A model generated the notes under the pieces. It saw only the letters and a program-made list of their open reading frames with translations. It searched no databases and was not told the origin of the DNA. A stretch of DNA of 64,000 bases, taken from an uncultured Clostridium sp. Lineage in GTDB: Bacteria > Bacillota > Clostridia > Christensenellales > CAG-138. Location of the stretch: positions 3,131 to 67,130 of the forward strand of contig CAYMPG010000006.1 of NCBI GenBank assembly GCA_964392455.1. The letters run 5' to 3'. How positions within the stretch are numbered: position 1 is the first letter of the stretch; every line of letters starts with the position of its first letter. The translations under genes and the position numbers were made by a program. Shown piece after piece: positions 36,984-44,952 of this stretch.

Positions 36984-37480
36984 TATTATGTACATATAAA
37001 AATGAAATCATTTTGGGGGATTCTGTGGATATTATTGATGGAAAAGGGTGCATACCGCAGGTCAGAGAGCTGGTAGTAGAGTACGTGCATCAGCTAAACA
37101 GGGATCTGTCATTTCAGAATATTGATGCTGAGCTGAATGACTTGGCTGCCAAATATACGCCGCCTCAGGGAGAGGTGCTTATAGCAGTAGAGGATAACAG
37201 GGCCTATGGAATGGTTGCATATCACAAACATTCTCCTGTAAGGTGCGAAATGAAGCGCCTGTATGTAAGGCAGGATGCAAGGGGGCTTCATTTGGGGGAC
37301 GGGCTGGTAAATGGGATAATTGAATGTGCAAGGTCATCAGGGTACAAAGAAATGGTGCTTGATACGCTCACATACATGGAGGCGGCAATTCATCTATACA
37401 AAAAGTACGGCTTTGAAGAATGTGAGCCGTACTACAATAACCCCATGGATGATGTAATTTATATGATAAAAAGGCTGTAA
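36980..37480 (+). CDS. GNAT family N-acetyltransferase
   Basis: GTGA overlap with the XRE stop. Acetyl-CoA motif A region MKRLYVRQDARGLHLGDGLV...A...GY.EMVLDT......A..LYKKYGF. Confidence 0.8.
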   Translation: MILCTYKNEIILGDSVDIIDGKGCIPQVRELVVEYVHQLNRDLSFQNIDAELNDLAAKYTPPQGEVLIAVEDNRAYGMVAYHKHSPVRCEMKRLYVRQDARGLHLGDGLVNGIIECARSSGYKEMVLDTLTYMEAAIHLYKKYGFEECEPYYNNPMDDVIYMIKRL

Positions 37481-37556
37481 TGCATTTTAGCTTGCAGGAT
37501 AAATACATCCACAGCAACATGGTTTTGGCCGGAGGGAACAAACCTCTGGCCTTTAT

Positions 37557-38354
37557 ATGAAGCATACTGAAACTGGCACACCGGAGGAAACGGCGAACGT
37601 GGATACGGCAAAAAAATTTGACGGTAGGGCTCAGGCATACAGCGCAGGCAGGCCGGGCTATGGGGCTGAGCTTATTGACTGCATGTACAATGAATATGGG
37701 CTCGCTGCATCATCTGCAATAGCGGATATTGGCTCCGGCACGGGAAAGTTTGCAAGGTACCTGCTTGAAAAAGGCAGCGAGGTATACTGCGTGGAGCCAA
37801 ATGACGATATGCGGCGCATGGCAGAGGATAAATTGGGCACATATGCAGGATTTCATTCTGTGCGGGGCAATGCGGAGAATACGGGCCTTGAGGATGGCCA
37901 GGTAGATAATGTTACGGCGGCCCAGGCCTTTCACTGGTTTGATGTAAACAGGTTCAGGCAGGAATGTTTGCGTATCACCGGAGGGCGGGGCAGGGTGTTT
38001 CTGATATGGAATATGAGAAACGGCAGCGATTTGGTAAACAGGGGGCTGCATCGTATATATTCAAAATACTGCCCTGATTTCAGGGGATTCAGCCTGGGCC
38101 TGGAGAAGGATGATGTAAGGATAAGAACATTCTTTGAGGGCGGGTATGATTATGTATCCTTTGAAGCGCCGTTGTATTTTGACAGGGAAAGATTCATGGC
38201 GCGGAGCCTGTCGAGCTCATATTCTCTGAAAAGCGGTGATGCTGGGTATGATGAATATATTTATGAGCTGGCCTGTGTGTTTGATAGGTATGCAAAAGAT
38301 GGCGCAGTTACAATAGAAAACAGCTCAGTTGCATATATTGGGCCCATCAGGTAG
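37557..38354 (+). CDS. Class I SAM-dependent methyltransferase
   Basis: FDGRAQAYSAGRPGY and SAM motif I IADIGSGTGKFARYLLEKGSEVYCVEPNDDM. No obvious SD. A hairpin lies directly upstream. Confidence 0.75.
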   Translation: MKHTETGTPEETANVDTAKKFDGRAQAYSAGRPGYGAELIDCMYNEYGLAASSAIADIGSGTGKFARYLLEKGSEVYCVEPNDDMRRMAEDKLGTYAGFHSVRGNAENTGLEDGQVDNVTAAQAFHWFDVNRFRQECLRITGGRGRVFLIWNMRNGSDLVNRGLHRIYSKYCPDFRGFSLGLEKDDVRIRTFFEGGYDYVSFEAPLYFDRERFMARSLSSSYSLKSGDAGYDEYIYELACVFDRYAKDGAVTIENSSVAYIGPIR

Positions 38355-38462
38355 CAGGTGTGCTGCATCAGAAAGGGATAACTGGCGGCACAATGTAAAC
38401 TACGCAACCCAAATCAAGAAAGAAAGTACTCCACCCGATATAATACATATCAGCGAAGGGAG

Positions 38463-39449
38463 ATGTGCTGCGAGGTGAATGAGTGGAGCAGGAATATCCA
38501 GAATATCGTATACGAGATAGATAAGAGCATAAAAGGGCAGAATGATGAAGCGCTGACGCTGAGGGAGCTTGCAGAGGGCCTTGGTTATTCTGAATACTAT
38601 GTATCCAGAAAGTTTAGCGAAATATCCGGAATGTCATTGCGGGATTATCTGCGCTACAGAAAGCTGGCCTTTGCATTGAAGGATATTCGGGATACTCAGG
38701 AGGGGATAATCGATATTGCCGTAAGGTACGGGTTCTCATCTCACGAGGCATTTACCCGTGCTTTTAAGGAGGCGTACGGTGTGACGCCCAGTGAATACCG
38801 CAATGCCCCGGCTCCGGTAGTGCTTCGCACGCTTATCAAGCCCTTCGACTGCTATTTATTAGGCATAGGAGGAACAGGTATGGCAACATCATCTGAGGAT
38901 ATCAAGGTTTATTTTGTAACTATACCGGCACATAAGTTTTTGCATATCAGAAACTATGAAAGCATTGGCTACTGGGATTTCTGGCAGAAGCAGGCAGCAA
39001 TACCGGGGCAGGATTGCGAGACCATATGCGGCCTTCTTGACAGCATCAGCGGAAAGCTGGATGATATTGGCGGCAGCGAGGGCGATGCGGGAAGCGGCCA
39101 GCTTATGGCCTGGATAAATGAGCCTGAGGGCAGAATATGTAGCTGGGGCATACCTTTGGCAGAGGCCTATGGGGCAAGGCTGCCTGTGGATTATAAGGGG
39201 CCTATTCCGGAAAATATGCAGCTTATGGATGTGCCGGAGGGGGAGTATATCGTATTTGAGCATGGCCCCTTTGACTTTGAAACGGAAAACACCCAGGTGG
39301 AAGCCAAAATAGAAAAGGCCATGAAGGAATTTGACTATTCCAAAACCGGGTATGAGCTGGATACGGCCCAGGGCAGGGTATTCTATTTCTATCATGATTG
39401 CAGCCGCTTCTGGAAATACGTAAGGCCGGTAAAGAGGATAATAGATTAG
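38463..39449 (+). CDS. AraC-family regulator with GyrI-like effector-binding domain
   Basis: HTH_18 region (LTLRELAEGLGYSEYYVSRKFSEISGMSLRDYLRYRKL..A...........I.DIAVRYGFSSHEAFTRAFKEAYGVTPSEYR), followed by a C-terminal domain of about 200 aa. The exact start is uncertain. Confidence 0.75.
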   Translation: MCCEVNEWSRNIQNIVYEIDKSIKGQNDEALTLRELAEGLGYSEYYVSRKFSEISGMSLRDYLRYRKLAFALKDIRDTQEGIIDIAVRYGFSSHEAFTRAFKEAYGVTPSEYRNAPAPVVLRTLIKPFDCYLLGIGGTGMATSSEDIKVYFVTIPAHKFLHIRNYESIGYWDFWQKQAAIPGQDCETICGLLDSISGKLDDIGGSEGDAGSGQLMAWINEPEGRICSWGIPLAEAYGARLPVDYKGPIPENMQLMDVPEGEYIVFEHGPFDFETENTQVEAKIEKAMKEFDYSKTGYELDTAQGRVFYFYHDCSRFWKYVRPVKRIID

Positions 39450-39464
39450 GCATAAAAGCAGAAT

Positions 39465-39498
39465 GCCGTGCATCCACTGAGGGTGCATGGCTTTTTTA
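39465..39498 (+). terminator. Intrinsic terminator after the AraC-family gene
   Basis: GCCGTGCATCC-ACTGA-GGGTGCATGGC followed by TTTTTT. Confidence 0.7.
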
Positions 39499-39645
39499 TT
39501 TTAGGGAGAATACCTGGTGCGGTGAATTGATTTTATACATATGCAGCAGACTGCCATTGTGCGACCTGCTTATTTCGTATATAATAAAATATATTATTAA
39601 AATCAGTGTGAAAATGAGCTAAAGCAGTGCAGGAGGTGAGCAAAC

Positions 39646-40263
39646 ATGGAAAAAGCGATGATATACATTCACGGAAAGGGCGGGGATGCAAAGGAAGCGG
39701 AGCATTACAGTGGGCTTTTTACCGGGTATGACGTGATTGGCTTTAATTACAGAGCAGATAATCCATGGGATGCAAGGCGGGAATTTACGGCTTATTTTGA
39801 CAGCCTGGCAGAGAAGTACCAGTCTATCATTATAACGGCCAACAGCATCGGAGCTTATTTCACCATGAATTCGCTTTACGACAGGGCTGTAGAGAGGGCT
39901 CTGTTTATTTCGCCGGTGGTGGATATGGAGCGGCTCATTATGAATATGATGGGCTGGGCAAATGTGAGCGAGCAGGAGCTGCAGGCGCAGGGCAGCATAG
40001 ATACCCAATTCGGGGAGAGGCTGAGCTGGGAGTATCTGTGCTATGTCAGGAAAAACCCGCTGAAATGGAGCATACCTACGGATATTCTGTATGGCGGCGG
40101 TGACAACCTTACCGCACGGGATACAATAGAAGCATTTGCAAAAGGCACAGGAGCTACCCTTACCGTTATGGAAAGCGGGGAGCATTGGTTCCACACGGAG
40201 GAACAGATGGGCTTTCTTGATGAATGGGTAAGGGGCGTTATGGGGAAGAACAGCGTAAAGTAA
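39646..40263 (+). CDS. Alpha/beta hydrolase fold protein
   Basis: MIYIHGKGGDAKEAEHY..., a nucleophile-elbow-like ANSIGA, and C-terminal GEHWFH. SD GGAGGTGAG upstream. Confidence 0.6.
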   Translation: MEKAMIYIHGKGGDAKEAEHYSGLFTGYDVIGFNYRADNPWDARREFTAYFDSLAEKYQSIIITANSIGAYFTMNSLYDRAVERALFISPVVDMERLIMNMMGWANVSEQELQAQGSIDTQFGERLSWEYLCYVRKNPLKWSIPTDILYGGGDNLTARDTIEAFAKGTGATLTVMESGEHWFHTEEQMGFLDEWVRGVMGKNSVK

Positions 40264-40320
40264 CGGCACATGGGCTGAAAAAAAGTATACTTTCACCGTA
40301 TGCCATAGCGCAGGTTACTG

Positions 40321-40349
40321 TTGGAAAAAAAGATAAAAGATGGTAAAAT
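40321..40349 (+). promoter_or_regulatory. Candidate sigmaA promoter of spo0A
   Basis: TTGGAA (40321..40326), 17-nt spacer, TAAAAT (40344..40349). I found no clear sigmaH-type element or 0A box here. Confidence 0.35.
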
Positions 40350-40391
40350 ATAAACACTGAAAAAAGCAATAATGGAAGGGTTGCTGTTACT

Positions 40392-41183
40392 ATGAAAAAG
40401 CAGAAGGTACTCATAGTCAAGGAGCATATTACTTATTGCCGTGAACTGGCGGATTATCTTGGCGAAATGAGCATATTTGAGATCATGCCATTTGCCCATG
40501 ACGGCTATGCGGCCATCCAGCGCATTGCAATACAAAAGCCCGATGTGCTGTTGCTGGATGCGGTGCTTCCCAAGCTGGATGGCGTAGGGGTGCTGAAGAA
40601 GCTAAATGGTATGGGCCTGTCAGATGGTATCCGCATAATAGTCATGTCTCCCTTTAATGATGATGAGCTGGTTGGGCAGCTTCAGGAGCTTGGGGCGTTG
40701 TTTGTGATACATCTGCCGGCCGTGCCTGAGCAGGTATTCAGCCGCATAGTGGATTTTGCCATTGATGACAGCAATACTCGCCGCGCAGGGGAGGATGGCA
40801 AGGATGACCGGCGCATAGAGCTGAGAGACCAGATAATATCAAATTACCTTTTTGCGCTGAGCGGCCCGATAAACCTTATGGGATACCGCTTCGTGAGGGC
40901 AGCCATTGCATACTGTGTGGAGCATTATGGCAAGCAGATACTTCTTACCAGGGATGTGTATCCGCATGTTGCGGAGTATTATGGAGTTACCGAAAAGCAG
41001 ATAGAGCGTAATATACGCACCTATATAGAGCGTACCTGGGACAGGGGCAATATTGAAAACATAAATAAGCTTTTCGGCTACACTGTGAACCAGAATAAGG
41101 GCAGGCCCACAAATAAAGAATTTATCGCCCAGATTACCGAGCGCACGATTATGCGTATGCGCTCCGAGGTTTTTTCCCGCTGA
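40392..41183 (+). CDS. spo0A: Sporulation master regulator Spo0A with an atypical receiver domain
   Basis: Spo0A-specific C-terminal domain (GYRFVRAAIAYCVE..., IERNIRTYIERTWDRGNIENINKLFGYTVNQNKGRPTNKEFIAQITE). The receiver retains DVLLLDAVLPKLDG. It begins KVLIVKEH instead of ..ADDN.., and it has IHLPAV where ILKPF is expected. Confidence 0.85.
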   Translation: MKKQKVLIVKEHITYCRELADYLGEMSIFEIMPFAHDGYAAIQRIAIQKPDVLLLDAVLPKLDGVGVLKKLNGMGLSDGIRIIVMSPFNDDELVGQLQELGALFVIHLPAVPEQVFSRIVDFAIDDSNTRRAGEDGKDDRRIELRDQIISNYLFALSGPINLMGYRFVRAAIAYCVEHYGKQILLTRDVYPHVAEYYGVTEKQIERNIRTYIERTWDRGNIENINKLFGYTVNQNKGRPTNKEFIAQITERTIMRMRSEVFSR

Positions 41184-41191
41184 TGTAATTT

Positions 41192-41246
41192 ATACCCCGC
41201 AGCAGTCATAGTTTATACAAACTGGACATGCGGGGTATTTATTTTA
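41192..41246 (+). terminator. Long-loop hairpin / probable terminator after spo0A
   Basis: ATACCCCGCA (41192..41201) pairs with TGCGGGGTAT (41229..41238), followed by TTATTTTATT. Confidence 0.5.
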
Positions 41247-41248
41247 TT

Positions 41249-41734
41249 ATGAAGGCGTTACGGGGAAAGTGGTATATATGGCTGTTTCCAGCGGCAGTGG
41301 GCTTTGCAGCGGGGGCGGCGATAGAGCTTGGCGGCGGGTATGTTGACAGCTCAATAGCGGCGCTTGGGCAGGTGGACGGAATAACTCTCCTCAGCCTTGC
41401 CCTTACCGGAATGCTGTTTGACGGGGCGCTTATAGCATGGTGCTCAATAGGCTCAGGGGCCATTGGAAAGGCCATGGCGGCCGGGGCGCTGTGGGTAAAG
41501 GCGGTGCTGATGGGGCTATTGTGCAGAGACCTTACTCTGGGCTTCAGTGCCATAAAAGCCCTGCTGATGCTGCTTACGGTGCTGGGGGGAGGCTGCGTAT
41601 GCGTAGCCTGCCTTATGGAAAGGAATGAAAAGCAGGCAAAGGCAAGGCGAGTGGCAGTATGGATGTGCGGAGCGGCTGTGGAGTGCATAATCATACCATC
41701 CATAGTAAGAACCTGGTCGCTGCTGTTTAACTGA
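41249..41734 (+). CDS. Polytopic membrane protein of unknown function
   Basis: ATG at 41249 is preferred, because the ORF-track ATG at 41228 lies inside the terminator stem. About 160 aa with four or five Ala/Gly/Leu-rich helices. No family recognised. Confidence 0.5.
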   Translation: MKALRGKWYIWLFPAAVGFAAGAAIELGGGYVDSSIAALGQVDGITLLSLALTGMLFDGALIAWCSIGSGAIGKAMAAGALWVKAVLMGLLCRDLTLGFSAIKALLMLLTVLGGGCVCVACLMERNEKQAKARRVAVWMCGAAVECIIIPSIVRTWSLLFN

Positions 41735-41823
41735 ATTGACCTTGGAGGACTGCTGGTGGTAAAATACAGCTATGATGAATATAAGGGCTTAAACAAATAC
41801 AATAATCTTACGAAAGGTACTCT

Positions 41824-43002
41824 GTGATAATGGCAAAGAAAAGAGCAACAGTAATAGTGCTGGACAGTGCAGGCATAGGGTCTCTCCCTGATGCGGCGGA
41901 ATTTGGTGACGTTGGAGCCCATACCTTTGGGAATATTTACAAGGCCAGAGGCAGGCTGGATATACCAAATATGCGTGCGCTGGGCATAGCCGCAATAGAG
42001 GATGCACGACTTGAGCCATATGCAGGTGAAATACAGGGGTGCTATGGCCGTGCTGCCGAGATGACCAAGGCCAAGGATACCACCTGCGGCCACTGGGAGA
42101 TGACAGGTATAATAATGGAGGAGCCCTTCAGAACGTATCCAAACGGATTTCCTCCCCATATAATGGATGCCTTTGAGGCGGCAATCGGCAGGGGCACGCT
42201 GGGAAACAAGGTGGCCTCAGGTACAGCCATAATACAGGAGCTTGGGGACGAGCACGTTGCCACAGGCAAGCCCATAGTCTACACCTCCGCAGACAGCGTA
42301 TTCCAGGTAGCTGCCCATGAGGAGGTAATACCCCTTGAGGAGCTGTATTCAATGTGCGAAAAGGCCCGCAGCCTGCTTATGGGCAAGGATCTGGTGGGCA
42401 GGGTCATCGCAAGGCCCTTTGTCACCGGCAAGAATGAATACGTTCGCACGGAAAACCGCAGGGATTACGCCATACCGCCCATAGAGGACACTATACTTGA
42501 CGGCCTTACTGCAAAGGGACATCAGGTGGTGGCAGTGGGCAAGATAGAGGATATATTCTTCAAGCGTGGCATATCCACTGTAAACCACACCAAGAACAAT
42601 CCCGACGGCATCGAGGCCACCATAGAATACCTCAAGGCCGGTACAGGCGATTTTATCTTTACCAACCTTGTGGATACGGATATGCTGTATGGTCATCGCA
42701 ATGACGTGGAGGGCTACGCAAAGGCGCTGGAATACTTCGATGCAAAGCTCCCCGAAATATTTGCAGCCATGGGAGATGAGGATATACTCATAGTCACTGC
42801 CGACCATGGGTGCGATCCAGTGTATCCGGGTACGGATCATACCAGAGAGTATATTCCCATACTCGTATACGGTAAGCACCTTAAGAAGGGCGTAAGCCTT
42901 GGCACAAGGGCCACCTTTGCAGATATAGGCAGCACGGTATTCGAGTATATTACCGGAGAACCCTGGCGCACCGGCAGCTCCTTCCTTAAGGAAATAATTT
43001 AA
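41824..43002 (+). CDS. deoB: Phosphopentomutase
   Basis: KRATVIVLDSAGIGSLPDAAEFGDVGAHTFGNI...TADHGCDP. The start is either GTG at 41824 or ATG at 41830. A TTGACC-18-TAAAAT promoter-like element lies at 41736..41765. Confidence 0.9.
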   Translation: MIMAKKRATVIVLDSAGIGSLPDAAEFGDVGAHTFGNIYKARGRLDIPNMRALGIAAIEDARLEPYAGEIQGCYGRAAEMTKAKDTTCGHWEMTGIIMEEPFRTYPNGFPPHIMDAFEAAIGRGTLGNKVASGTAIIQELGDEHVATGKPIVYTSADSVFQVAAHEEVIPLEELYSMCEKARSLLMGKDLVGRVIARPFVTGKNEYVRTENRRDYAIPPIEDTILDGLTAKGHQVVAVGKIEDIFFKRGISTVNHTKNNPDGIEATIEYLKAGTGDFIFTNLVDTDMLYGHRNDVEGYAKALEYFDAKLPEIFAAMGDEDILIVTADHGCDPVYPGTDHTREYIPILVYGKHLKKGVSLGTRATFADIGSTVFEYITGEPWRTGSSFLKEII

Positions 43003-43019
43003 TAAATTCGCAATAACAG

Positions 43020-43059
43020 CCTCCTTTGCCTAATAAACATATATTGACGGCAAAGGAGG
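43020..43059 (+). promoter_or_regulatory. Perfect 11-bp hairpin that includes the SD of the downstream gene
   Basis: CCTCCTTTGCC (43020..43030) pairs with GGCAAAGGAGG (43049..43059). The 3' arm contains AAGGAGG, 7 nt before the ATG at 43067. No T-run follows. Confidence 0.5.
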
Positions 43060-43066
43060 TATTATT

Positions 43067-44203
43067 ATGCTGAAAAAAAGTATATGCGGAATAATGGCAG
43101 CAGCGGTGCTGCTATGCTGCGGGAGGGCCTTTGCAGAGGAATATCCTGTGGATGTGAGCGGAATAAAGGCGGCAATAGTGATTGAGCAGAGCAGCGGCCA
43201 GCCCGTATTTGAGCATAATGGTACGGAAAAGGTGAATGCAGGCGGATTATCAAGGCTGCCCGTGCTGCTTGCAGTGTGCAATAAAATAGACAGCGGCGCA
43301 GTGGCTGTGACAGATACATTTACCGTGAGCGCTGCAGCAGCAAGGGTAGGCGGGCCTACGGCATTTCTCGAGGCTCAGGAAAGGGTGCAGGTGTCAACGC
43401 TGCTTAAGGCGGCGGTGATGATATGTGCCGGGGATGCCATATATGCCCTTGCAGAGGGGGCATATGGCTCGGCTGAGGCCTGTGCGCTGGAGGTAAACAG
43501 CCTGATGGAGTCAATGGGCATTGATGTGGATTATCAGGATATATCCGGGGGCGAAATGACCTTTACGCCCTATGATATGGCAAGGATAGGGGCGGCTCTT
43601 ACTCTCAGCCGCAGCTTCAGGCTGTACAGCGGGCTGTACTATGACAGCATACAGCATGAGGATGGGCGCACCACCGACCTTGCAAGCTCAAATAAGCTGC
43701 TGAAAAGCTGCGTTGGAGCCAATGGTGTGGGAACGGGCTCATCGGCAGAGGCGGGCTACTGCGGGGTGTTTTCGGTGCAGAGGGGGAATACAGGGTATGT
43801 ATGTGCCGTGTTTGGGGCGCAGAATTCCTCAAAGCGGGCGGAGAGGGCACAGAGTATGCTGGAATATGCCTTTGCGGCCTTTGATGCAAAGACCCTTGCC
43901 GAAAAGGGGCAGGTGATAGTGGAGAGCGTGCCTGTCCATGGCGGAGTTAAGGAAAGCGCAGCGCTTATCGCAGGGGAAAACGTGGTGGCGCTGATACCCA
44001 AGAATTCCTCCCTTGAGGAGCAGGCGGAGATACCCGAGCTGCTGGAAGCCCCCGTTGATAAAAACGAAGTGGTAGGAAGGATAACCTATGCTCTGGATGG
44101 AAAGACGGTGGGCGTGGTGGAGCTGGTGTGCGGGGAAAGCGTGGCGCAGGCCGGCATGGGCGATTATGTGATAAAATCCCTTATGGAGTGGCTCCACTGC
44201 TGA
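43067..44203 (+). CDS. Secreted S11 (PBP5/DacB-like) peptidase homologue lacking the SxxK, SxN and KTG motifs
   Basis: Signal peptide present. It is colinear with the bona fide carboxypeptidase at 47286..48398. The motif positions read GGLSRLP (vs ASTTK), ICAGD (vs SSGND) and GVGTGSS (vs GIKTGYT). Confidence 0.7.
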   Translation: MLKKSICGIMAAAVLLCCGRAFAEEYPVDVSGIKAAIVIEQSSGQPVFEHNGTEKVNAGGLSRLPVLLAVCNKIDSGAVAVTDTFTVSAAAARVGGPTAFLEAQERVQVSTLLKAAVMICAGDAIYALAEGAYGSAEACALEVNSLMESMGIDVDYQDISGGEMTFTPYDMARIGAALTLSRSFRLYSGLYYDSIQHEDGRTTDLASSNKLLKSCVGANGVGTGSSAEAGYCGVFSVQRGNTGYVCAVFGAQNSSKRAERAQSMLEYAFAAFDAKTLAEKGQVIVESVPVHGGVKESAALIAGENVVALIPKNSSLEEQAEIPELLEAPVDKNEVVGRITYALDGKTVGVVELVCGESVAQAGMGDYVIKSLMEWLHC

Positions 44204-44280
44204 GGGAAAAGGGATGCGGTTGCATAGTTTTCCGGGATGACGTATAATAAGCTTAATTATAATCATCGGGAGACAGATAA

Positions 44281-44952
44281 TTGCTGAGCAGTATTTTTTC
44301 CGGCTCTGTAGGCTCTTTTATAATGGAGCTGCTTTACAGGATGCCTGCCATACTTATAGCCCTTGCCTTTCATGAGTGCGCCCACGCATATGCGGCGTAT
44401 CGGCTGGGCGACCCTACGGCCTTCAATTTTGGCCGCATGACGCTTAATCCTCTGGCCCATATCGACCCGATAGGCTTTGTGATGCTGGCGCTGTTTCGCT
44501 TTGGCTGGGCGAAGCCTGTGCCTGTAAATACACGCAATTTTAAAAACCCGCGCCGGGACGAAATAATCGTAGGCCTTGCGGGCGTGGCAGCAAACCTTTT
44601 GCTGGCTTTTGTGGCGATGGGCATATTCTTCACCCTTGCTGTGACGGTGGGGCTTAGAAATGCGGCGCTCAATACGGTAATTTACTATTTTTACTTTATA
44701 AACCTGAGCCTTTGCGTGTTTAATCTGCTGCCAATCCCGCCGCTGGATGGCTACAGGGTATTTTCCTGCCTGTTTGCAAGGAAAATAGGGCTGAGGGCCT
44801 TTATGTACCTTGAAAGGTACGGCAATATCATACTGATAGTGCTGCTGGCCACAGGCGTACTGGGCAGCGTAATGTCTGTGGCGGTGAACTGGCTGATGAA
44901 TGGCATGATAGCGATATATAATGGCCTCTTTGGGCTGATTGGGCTTATCTGA
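44281..44952 (+). CDS. Site-2 protease family (M50) zinc metalloprotease
   Basis: HECAHAYAAYRLGD (HExxH) and NLLPIPPLDG, in a polytopic membrane protein. The start is either TTG at 44281 or ATG at 44323. Confidence 0.75.
   Translation: MLSSIFSGSVGSFIMELLYRMPAILIALAFHECAHAYAAYRLGDPTAFNFGRMTLNPLAHIDPIGFVMLALFRFGWAKPVPVNTRNFKNPRRDEIIVGLAGVAANLLLAFVAMGIFFTLAVTVGLRNAALNTVIYYFYFINLSLCVFNLLPIPPLDGYRVFSCLFARKIGLRAFMYLERYGNIILIVLLATGVLGSVMSVAVNWLMNGMIAIYNGLFGLIGLI

Noticed and set aside
36495-37480. XRE-GNAT pair with a 4-nt overlap as a type II toxin-antitoxin module (GNAT tRNA-acetylating toxin)
   Set aside because: The XRE protein is 162 aa with an extra C-terminal domain, unlike short antitoxins. 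The GNAT looks like a generic small-molecule acetyltransferase (..EMKRLYV..RG.G.G..L...A...GY..M.LDT....A..LY...GF). I could not recognise toxin-type features. The only evidence is the gene overlap.
36360-40391. The spoIVB-spo0A insert as a mobile genetic element
   Set aside because: I could see no integrase, transposase, recombinase, tRNA target or flanking direct or inverted repeats. It is reported only as a synteny break with partly deviant composition.
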